Notes under the pieces: model-generated
The model's input: only the letters and a program-made list of their open reading frames with translations
Database searches by the model: none
Told to the model about the DNA's origin: nothing
Made by a program: the position numbers and the translations under genes
Part shown: positions 41,731-50,821 of the stretch, piece after piece
How positions within the stretch are numbered: the stretch's first letter is position 1
Layout of the letters: each line of letters begins with the position of its first letter
Assembly (NCBI RefSeq): GCF_006345805.1
Contig: NC_042999.1
Location: forward strand, 103,850,001 to 103,914,000
Reading direction: 5' to 3'
DNA length: 64,000 bases
Source: Octopus sinensis
Taxonomy: Eukaryota

Positions 41731-41990
41731 GGAGGCACTTGGCTTGGTGGTTAGGGTGTTAGCCTCATGATCGTAAGATTGTGGTTTCAATTCCTGGACT
41801 GGGCGACGTGCTGTGTTCTTGAGCAAAATACTTCATTTCACGTTGCTCCAGTTCACTCAGCTGGCAAAAATGAAGAACGCTGAGAGGGACTGGCATCCTG
41901 TCCACCTGGAGAAAACATACGCCATAGAAACCGGGAAACCAGGCCCATGAGCCTGGCGAGGCTTTAAAAGGGCGCATTTATTTATTTTTA
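41731..41990 (+). mobile_element. tRNA-derived SINE with V-domain-like body
   Basis: A box TGGCTTGGTGG, B-box-like GGTTTCAATTCC; body GACTGGCATCCTGTCCA...GCCATAGAAACCGGG resembles the V-SINE domain (from memory); tail (TTTA)n. Confidence 0.6.
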
Positions 41991-42076
41991 TAATATTAGT
42001 GCATGGGGAAGCATTTGATCTATAATTATAGTTCTAACTTATCATGTTTTATTGTAGTGTTATAATCAGTGGTGGC

Positions 42077-42595
42077 TTGTGTGTAGGCACGGTGGAACTG
42101 CAGCACCCCCTATTTCCACTTGATATTATCAATAACATTCAATATAATGAGACCTTTTTTTCTTTAATTCTTTCTTAATACTTGTACATTATATAATCCT
42201 TGAGCTTAATGTCAGTAGCCATACCCTAGTTTATGAAAAAATACAAAAATCCTTGTATAGAACTCTGTGCTTCCTAGTCCTAGCAATGCAGTGTTTGGCT
42301 GTTGTGCACATACTCACATGTCCGAGATAGGAATCTTCATGCTAGGGAGAGAGAGCACTGTATGAACAACAGTGCCAACCCCAGTGTTCTGGTGAAAAGT
42401 AGAGTTTCTTTTTGTCCCTGCATATGTTGCACTTAAAATTGTTTTTATTTTCTTGAATGTGATAAAACACGAACCAATCATGTTTATGTATAAATTTTCT
42501 TTTCATATCTTTGTTTCCTTTTACACAACATTAAAACAACAGATAAAATTTTCTGAAGCAGCGCCCACCAAATTTTATGTACGAGCCGACATCGG
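42077..42595. mobile_element. Putative non-autonomous DNA transposon with CAGTGGCGGCT-type imperfect TIRs
   Basis: Left CAGTGGTGGCTTGTGTGTA; right TATGTACGAGCCGACATCG. The duplicate right end at about 44735-44755 reads TATGTACAAGCCGCCACTAG, closer to the reverse complement of the left end. Confidence 0.45.
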
Positions 42596-42807
42596 TTATA
42601 ATGTTTTATTTAACACCATTTCAACAACACACCCAAAATAGGTAAATCCAAGATTGTTTTTTGTGTATGTATATATGACACTAGACATTACAAGCATCAA
42701 TTTCAAACAGAAAAGACAAACAGGACTACTGACTACGAGCACTTCTTATATTCAAGATAGCATATTGTGTAGATACACACACACACACACACCCACACAC
42801 ACACATA

Positions 42808-43000
42808 TACATGCCTGTATGCTTGGTGTATGTATGTGCAAATACACACATATACCATGCATATACACACACGCACATATATATATATATATATACATGC
42901 CTGTATGCTTGGTGTATGTATGTGCATACACACACACACATATATATATACATGCCTGTATGCTTGGTGTATGTATGTGCATATACACACATATACCATG

Positions 43001-43042
<42 letters not shown>

Positions 43043-43165
43043 ACACACACATATATATACATGCCTGTATGCTTGGTGTATGTATGTGCATACACACACA
43101 CATATATATATACATGCCTGTATGCTTGGTGTATGTATGTGCATATGCACACATATACCATGCAT
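42808..43165. repeat. Compound minisatellite: 5 copies of a core of about 35 bp (TACATGCCTGTATGCTTGGTGTATGTATGTGCA) with microsatellite linkers
   Basis: ATGCC starts at 42811, 42897, 42952, 43061, 43114. Confidence 0.95.
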
Positions 43166-43334
43166 ATATATACACACACACACATATATATATATATAAA
43201 ATATATATGTATACATATAATATATATATATGTATATATATATAAAATATGTATGTATATATATTATATATATATATAAAATATATATGTATACATGATA
43301 CATATATATAAAATATATATATAATATATACTCT

Positions 43335-43792
43335 TTTACATGTTTCAGTCATTTGACTGTGCCCATGCTGGAGCACCGCCTTTAGGTGAGCAAATCGACC
43401 CCAGGACTTATTCTTTGTAAGCCTAGTACTTATTCTATTGGTCTCTTTTGCCGAACCGCTAAGTTACGGGGACCTAAACACACCAGCATCAGTTGTTAAG
43501 TGATGTTGGGGGGATAAACACAGACACACAAACATACATATATATATATATATTAACAATTAAGGAACGGCCATAATAGGCCATTCATTTTTAATTTTCT
43601 CCTGTTTACGGATTTAATCTTTTTGCGGTAGAAGCTTTGGCTGTTATTTCTAGTGGGTGAATGGCCTATTATGGCCGTTCCTTAATTGTTAATGTTGAAC
43701 TTAAAAATGGTCTATGACTATTTAATTTTTTCCCACTGGGCCGCTGGTGGCAATAAAATTCTATAAAATTTTCCTTGCCACCCTATATTGAT

Positions 43793-43839
<47 letters not shown>

Positions 43840-43875
43840 GCGACTGGCTTCTTTCAGTTTCCGTCTACCAAATTT
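43335..43875 (-). mobile_element. Family H SINE split at its internal (TA)n by an inserted element
   Basis: 3' half at 43335-43550; resumes at about 43815 with GACTGGCTTCTTTCAGTTTCCGTCTACCAAAT. Confidence 0.75.
43552..43693. mobile_element. Small element with perfect 36-bp inverted repeats
   Basis: ATTAACAATTAAGGAACGGCCATAATAGGCCATTCA (43552-43587) and its exact reverse complement (43658-43693). Confidence 0.8.
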
Positions 43876-44316
43876 TACTGTCCTGTTCTTGTTACCACAT
43901 TTTTTTACCCCTCCGCAAAAAATCCCAAATTTTATTTAATTTGCTTTGCGGGAAGGACTGTTTCAATGAAGTTGCATCTTGTCCTTACCTTTGAAACGCG
44001 GAGTAGACAAAACAGGGACAACTGAATAAGGGGGATATTCCTTGTGTTGTATGTCTTGTACTCTGTTTTTTCGTTGTTTGAAAAAAAGTCCATTTCCATG
44101 TTTTTGTTCTTTTGTTTTCGTTTCTCATTGTGTTCAACGTTTTTTTGGTGCCCTGTACCCATATATGCATGTATTGGTATGTACATATATGTATGTATAT
44201 ATGCATATGTTTATATATTATTTTGCTATTATATGATCGAACGCTACACATCCACTTCCAAGTAAGTTTTATCTATATATGCGTCTATATATATTATATA
44301 TATATATGTATGTGTA

Positions 44317-44354
<38 letters not shown>

Positions 44355-44364
44355 TATATATATG

Positions 44365-44408
<44 letters not shown>

Positions 44409-44427
44409 TATATATCATGTTTGTGTA

Positions 44428-44462
<35 letters not shown>

Positions 44463-44607
44463 CTTGGCAGAAGAGCTGAGGTTTTAATTGCATCAAACTA
44501 CACACAAGACATGTTTGCAGGTTTACAGTGTGAAGCCTACAATTACACTTGGCAGATTTTTGCCAGGGTCGCTGACATTCCACACAGATGCATAAAGATC
44601 AATTAGT

Positions 44608-44707
44608 NNNNNNNNNNNNNNNNNNNNNNNNNNNNNNNNNNNNNNNNNNNNNNNNNNNNNNNNNNNNNNNNNNNNNNNNNNNNNNNNNNNNNNNNNNNNN
44701 NNNNNNN
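44608..44707. other. Assembly gap (100 N)
   Basis: Run of exactly 100 N, a typical placeholder for unknown gap size. Confidence 0.99.
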
Positions 44708-45463
44708 TTTCTGAAGCAGCACCCCAACTAATTTTATGTACAAGCCGCCACTAGTTATAACACACCCAAAACAGATAACTCCAAGATTGTTTTTTGTGTA
44801 TGTATATATGACACTGGACATTACAAGCATCAATTTCAAACAGAAAAGACAAACAGGACTACTGAGAGAGAGGTGGCCAGAGTTAGGGTGGTCAGAGACA
44901 GAACACGAGGGAGAAAAATATTCTTTTGGGATTTTGGGTAACATAATTTAATGAAACAGCAAATGCTGATAATAGTGAAATAGAATTGAAAAATCTTAGA
45001 ATTTTCAGTCAACCAATCTGTGACAAAATTAGAGAAATAAGTGACGATGTGACAAATTTGAATAAATGAATAGGTGATGAATAGGGAATGCGTGTGAAGG
45101 AACTTCAGTTTATCTTAAGATAACAGCGAGGAAGATGAAACTATGTTTACATGGTAATGAAATAGATAGAATAATGAAAGGAACTAATAAGAGGTTTATG
45201 ACCTGTGCAGAAATAGAAGAGTAGATGTACGAGGTTAAAAAAACAAAATTTCTAATCTGAGCATCTTCGGACTTGTATTCTTTCGGCAGAGTTATCAAAA
45301 TGGAGTAGGGAAATCTGAGTACATGTGCTAGTTTACATAGGGTGGGGTGGTGGAGGAGGGAGAAGAGTTGGTGAAGCAAGGCAGAGAGGCAGATGAGAGG
45401 GCCAAAGTTAGGGTGGTCAGGGATAGAACATATATATACATATATGCCATATACCCATGGACA

Positions 45464-45687
45464 GGCATATGGTGTAGTGGTTAAGAGCACGGGCTACTAA
45501 CCCCAAGATTCCGAGTTCGATTCCAGGCAGTGACTTGAATAATAATAATAATAATAACATCGAAAAATACCTTAGGAATGAAGACCCAGGTTCAAAATTT
45601 CCGCAAGACACCTGATGAAGGCTAGAGGGTATATCATGTTAACAACAAACAAAATGAGGACAAATATCCATCAAATGTAAATAATGT
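45464..45687 (+). mobile_element. tRNA-headed SINE-like element with (AAT)n and a truncated hammerhead-like 3' part
   Basis: A box TGGTGTAGTGG (45470-45480), B box GAGTTCGATTCC (45513-45524), (AAT)n, then ACAC-CTGATGA-A-GGCT (45608-45623). Confidence 0.7.
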
Positions 45688-45713
45688 TCTGATAGTATTG
45701 TTGATAGAAAAAA

Positions 45714-47015
45714 AATAGGATGGAGTCAGTTCAGACAGCTATTACCTACGTTGGCAACAAAAGCCTCCCTCTTAGGAGTGAAAGGTAGATTGTATAATGC
45801 TTGTGTACAAATAGCTATGCTCCATGAGAGTAAGCCATGGACCCTGATTGTAGAAGTCATGCATAAACTAGAGAGGAATGAAGGTAGTATCATCTGATAT
45901 ATATGCAACATCAGGGTGCATGAATAGCAAAGTGCAAATGTCCTGAGAGAAAAGTTGAGCATAAAAGCAATCAGATGGAGGATGCAAGGGAGAAGATTAT
46001 GTTGGTTTGGATATGTGGTGCATATGAAGACAGTTGTATAAAGATGTGCTGATCATTTAAAATGGATAGCATCTGTGGAAGAGAGAGACCCAGGAAGACA
46101 TGGGATGATGTAGTGAAAGCCAATCTCAAGATGTTGGGCCCGACAGAGGAAATGACAATGGACCAAGATGTCTGGCAGTATGGGGTTCTTGAGAAGACCC
46201 ACCTACCTCAGTGAAACCGAGTTCTTGAAGTGCTGTGTGTTTGACCCACATACAACATTAAATTTTTTACACACCCCACCTCAATAAACCAAACTACATC
46301 TACTCTTCATGCACTCCCACTCCTGCAGTCAACCCTGTCTTACTCACCCTGCCAATTCATTGCTATCTCGTCGCCTCCCACTATGTACCTGGGTTTCACC
46401 AGTCACTGTATCCCTGCCCTTTCCTTCTCTTTTTGCATTCACAATCTCCCTATTCACGCACCCTGAGCAATTCTCTACCATCCATTTATATTCACATTCC
46501 TGTACCTTAAGAGCATGCCATAGTATATCACCACCATCTCTCTCACTCTCTCTTACTCACACTCTCTCTCATTCTCACTCTCCCTTTGACTGGATTAACC
46601 ATGTGCTTCCTCTGTAGCAAGGCACCTGTTTCCATCCCTCTCATAATCTAACCTATCATCACCTGGTACACAGCCATCTGTTTCAATACCACCATCACCC
46701 ACTCTCAATAGATCTCTGCCTTGAAAGTTACTTGGTGACCTTGCCAATGCTGGAGCCACAAAAAAAGCATCCAGTCTACACTGTAAAGTGGTTGGCATTT
46801 AGAAGGGCATCCAGCTGTAAAAACCATGCAAAGCAGGACTTGTCAGAGCTGGTGCCACATAAAAAACACCCAGTCTACTCTGTAAAGTGGTTGGCCTTAG
46901 GAAGGACATCCATGCCAAAGAAGACAGTGGTGCTTGATGCGGTCCTCTTGCTTACAAGCTCCTGTCAAACAATCCAGCCCATGCCAGAATGGAAGACAGA
47001 CATTAAATGATGACA
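45714..47015 (+). mobile_element. 5'-truncated RTE-clade LINE: RT C-terminus pseudogene plus pyrimidine-rich 3' UTR plus (GAT) tail
   Basis: KIGWSQFRQLLPTLATKASLLGVKGRLYNACVQIAMLHESKPWTLIVEVMHKLERNEGSII*YICNIRVHE*QSANVLREKLSIKAIRWRMQGRRLCWFGYVVHM...GRERPRKTWDDVVKANLKMLGPTEEMTMDQDVWQYGVLEKTH; motifs KGRLY..C, LRWFGHV and GRPRKTW are typical of RTE. Confidence 0.9.
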
Positions 47016-47851
47016 TATTGTGTATGGGCACAGATATGGTTGTGTAGATAAGATGTGCACTTCACAACCACATGGTTTTGAGTTCAATCCTACTCATGGC
47101 AACTTTAACTTCTGCTATAGCTTCAGACTAACTGATACCTATTGAGTGAAATTTGATGGTTGGAAACTTTAAAAACACACACACACACACAGACTGTGTG
47201 TGTGTGTCTTTCTCTCACTCCAATTAACACAACTTTAGCAGCAATGGCAATATTTATGTCCCGTATAAACAAGAGAGAAAGTGTGTGAATTTCTCTCTCT
47301 CTCTCTCTTCAATTAACACAACTTTAGCAGCCAAAGCAATGTTTATGTCCTGCATAAGCAAAAAAGTTTCAGAGTTTGATGTTTCAACAAGTAAAGAATA
47401 AAGTAGTTTACTTGAAACAAATAAGGATTGCACCAGAAAGGTCATATTGCAGTAGGCTACCACTGTAAGACGTCTTGGCCAACTCATGTTAACAGGAAAT
47501 AAATGAATACAGAAAACAGTAATGAAACGTATCTGTTTTATGGTTTGCTTAGAGAAGGAAAGCGAACATCCATGACCTATCAACAGGTCTGCAAGACAGA
47601 TAGGAAGAAAAGGGGAGAGAGAGAAAGGCAGACCAGATTTGAATGCTTGCAACAGAATTGACTACTGAAGATACCCAAGGACCAGCTGGTCTTTGTCATG
47701 TGTACCTTCTGTTTATAAGCTTTGAGATATCTATGTCTAACATTTAATAGACATGTGCTTGCTCTATTCAAACAGTTGGCAGTAATTCTGACTATGCTGT
47801 TTATTCTATCTCAATATTTATATATGGATATATATACTTAAAGAAACACAT

Positions 47852-48045
47852 ATGCTAGCATGGGTTGGACGGTTCAACTGGGGTCTGTGAAGCCAGAAGG
47901 CTGCATCAGGCCCAGTCTGATCTGGCCATAGAAACACTGCCAGATCAGACTGGGCCTGATGCAGCCTTCTGGCTTCACAGACCCCAGTTGAACCGTCCAA
48001 CCCATGCTAGCATGGAAAGCGGACGCTAAATGATGATGATAATGA
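47852..48045. repeat. Perfect 75-bp inverted duplication of an RTE 3' tail (12-nt loop)
   Basis: 47852-47926 is the exact reverse complement of 47939-48013; native tail continues to (GAT)n at about 48030. Confidence 0.97.
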
Positions 48046-48423
48046 TATATATATATAATATATATATATATATATAAATAAACAGAGAAATGATCATTTT
48101 TTATTTAAAATAATAAAAACATGGTGAAAAAGCTGTCGACGTATACACAGAAGCATCAGTAATATAGGTACAACTAACTGACAATGCCGAAGGTTTGCAA
48201 TTGTGAAACAGTTACTAGACAGAGAAAAGCAGAGCTGCACTTCTGATCCTTACATGTTTTCTAAGACTTATAAGGCTAATATAGTTCATGTACATTTTGA
48301 AACAGCTGTAATACTCTAGGAAAGAGCAAAATGGGAATTCCAAAATGTTGATCATTCTAAGGAAAGATTGGGCAAAATCATATGATAATTCATTCCAAAA
48401 GTCATGGATGCTGTCTTACTCAC

Positions 48424-48499
48424 TGTGATAATAGGTTTTCATTCTCAACTTTTAATCTCTCGAGTTCTGTATTAATGTCTCCAAGTTGGTTCGATAAAT
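48424..48499 (-). CDS. Coiled-coil protein exon (D-LSNQLGDINTELERLKVENENLLS)
   Basis: Long pyrimidine tract ending gatag|AT, donor CA|gtgagt; 76 nt, phase 1-2; supplies exactly the phase change required. Confidence 0.9.
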
Positions 48500-48654
48500 C
48501 TATCAGGGAAAAACAAAACAAAAAAGGTGAAATTAAATGGATCAAATGATGAGCTGTTTAACATTCAGGTTTCTTAGTCAAATATTTTGCTTATTGATTC
48601 ACACTGTTTTGAATTAATCAAAATTATTTTTTGCAGCTTCAAGACTTCAAAGGA

Positions 48655-48940
48655 ATTCTTTTACTTGTTTCAGTCATTTGACTGTGGCCGTGCTGGAGCA
48701 CCACCTTTGTAAGCCTAGTACTTATTCTATTGAGCCCTTTAGCTGAACTGCTAAGTTATGGGGATGTAAACACACAAACATCAGTTATCAAGCGATGGTG
48801 GGAAAAGAAACAGACACACAAACATACATATATATATGTATATACGACAGGCTTCTTTCAGTTTCCGTCTCCTAAATCCACTCACAAGGCTTTGGTCGGC
48901 CCAAAGCTATAGTAGGATACTTGCCCAAGGTGCCACTCCT
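48655..48940 (-). mobile_element. Family H SINE with deletions
   Basis: Matches 62735-63100. Confidence 0.8.
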
Positions 48941-49073
48941 GTTGTATATTTTTAGAATAACAATGACTAATAAACAAAACTGGCTCCAGCATGGAGATTA
49001 ACCAAAGCTTTATGAGTGAATTTTGCGGGTGAAAACTGAAAGAAGCCGATCATATATATGTATGTGAATATAC

Positions 49074-49105
<32 letters not shown>

Positions 49106-49861
49106 TTGTATGTATTCCTGTCAAGACATATGTGATGGTTGTAGATGATCATCACCATTATATAAGCAAGTTTTTCATTTTCAGTCTTCTATGAAGAACA
49201 TACCTAACCATAGGAAAATATTACCTTGCTTGGAAGATAAGAACATGTGAAAACTATATTAGACATTTTTTTTTTGCCCCAACAACGAATATGAGGTTTA
49301 GATCTTTTCATTCTCACACTGGTGACCACAATATCAATTATCATTTACATTAAAGAAACTTCAGTTAATTCATAACATCAAGAATGTGTTCAACTGTAAA
49401 AACAAGATGCAATAATTTTTAGTACATTTTACCCTTTTTTTTTTCCCAGGAGAAACAGTTTTAACTGTTCGAAATTATTGTAATTTAAGTATATCATTAG
49501 TATACATCTAATAAGCTGATCTGCCAACTTCTTTTATTCCAAATTGAAGGAAATGGCTGTAACAACACTTGTCACAGCTGACTAGTTTACAGAATGAAGT
49601 CGGGATATTTGGAAGCTCACTATGCAAAAATTGTACATGCTGTCTTAAAGTGGGAAAGGGTGTATTAGATGTGGTCTTGAAAATAGTATAATTAGGAAAA
49701 GATCGAATGGCCATGGCTGGAATGCTTTAGATTCACTAGGCTGTTCAATCAGGGCTGAATTGGGTTAAATAACAAGAAGTGCAAATAGAAGAAAAGTTCT
49801 ACAACATTAACAGAAGAATGAATAAGAGACAGAACATTTTTATAGAAGAAATGTTATTTAC

Positions 49862-49962
49862 CATTTACATTCTGAGAAGATTCTTCCTTGTCCACAAGAC
49901 GAAGATAAGCTTCCTTCAGTTGTTTGTATTCTACTAGTAAGTCTTTATGAGAAACATTTAAC
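49862..49962 (-). CDS. Coiled-coil protein exon (G-LNVSHKDLLVEYKQLKEAYLRLVDKEESSQNVN)
   Basis: Acceptor atttgcag|G, donor G|gtaaat; 101 nt, phase 2-1; matches phases of both neighbours. Confidence 0.88.
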
Positions 49963-50089
49963 CTGCAAATATTCAATGTCAGTGAATGTTTAGAGCAGCT
50001 ACAGTGCATCAATTATCAAAACACAACATATTTTCTGGTACATAAGTCGATGTATATAGTGTAAGCATATAATGGAAACATGGTGATCG

Positions 50090-50430
50090 TTGCCAGAGCG
50101 GCTAACTGGTGTCCGTGCTGGTGGCACATAAAAAGCGTGATCGTTACCAGCGTTGCCTTACTAGCACCTGTGCCGGTGGCACGTAAAAAAAACACCATTT
50201 GGGTGTGGCCATTGACAGTACTGTCTGACTGGCCCTCGTGCCGGTGGCACGTAAAAGCACCCATTACACTCTCGGAGTGGTTGGCGTTAGGAAGGGCATC
50301 CAGCTGTAGAAACTCAACCAGATCAAAATTGGAGCCTGGTGCAACAATCTGGTTCGCCAGTCCTCAGCCAAATCATCCAACCCATGCTAGTACGGAAAGC
50401 GGACATTAAACGATGATGATGATGATGATT
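50090..50430 (+). mobile_element. RTE LINE 3' tail
   Basis: Repeated GTGCCGGTGGCACGTAAAA units, then CACTCTCGGAGTGGTTGGCGTTAGGAAGGGCATCC..CCAACCCATGCTAG..(GAT)n. Confidence 0.85.
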
Positions 50431-50592
50431 CAAAGCTCATTGGTCTTTCCAAGTCCTGCTGTATTTCACAGGGAAATTTGAAAAATTAGACATGTATACT
50501 AGGAAATATGGTACACACATGTTTGAGAAGGACATGATGGCTTTCTTTCAATGAGCAGCTGATAAATTTGAAAGATAAACTTGATAACTTGT

Positions 50593-50821
50593 TTAACCCT
50601 TTAGTGTTCACATTATTCTGCCAAAATTAATGCTTTTTCATCCACACTGTTTTGAACTAATCATGCCTTATCTTGGTGCTATGAGATTTTGATGAGGTAG
50701 CTGTTAATTTTTAAGATGATATTTTAGGGTTGGTGTGAGAGGCCAGATCTGGCTAGTTCGAACATAAAACAGGCAGAATACTTTTGGCCGGATATGGCCG
50801 GTTTAAATGCTAAAGGGTTAA
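50593..50821. mobile_element. piggyBac-type MITE family B, complete (229 bp including both TTAA)
   Basis: TTAA-CCCTTTAG ... CTAAAGGG-TTAA; about 10 copies in window. Confidence 0.9.

Noticed and set aside
42654-43376. Six ORFs of 144-216 aa; repeat-spacer appearance
   Set aside because: Translations are YI/HT/CV dipeptide runs from microsatellites; the spacers are microsatellites, not CRISPR spacers.
43950-44010. Hammerhead-like scar (TCAATGAAG...TGAAACGCGGAGTAGACA); a similar weak one at about 26205-26240
   Set aside because: Core boxes too degenerate and no credible stem II; may be old Penelope remnants but cannot be supported from this sequence alone.
45464-45535. Possible tRNA genes at SINE heads (also 11525, 41731)
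   Set aside because: A and B boxes are present, but at 45464 the acceptor and T stems do not pair, and each head runs into a repeat body; these are SINE heads.
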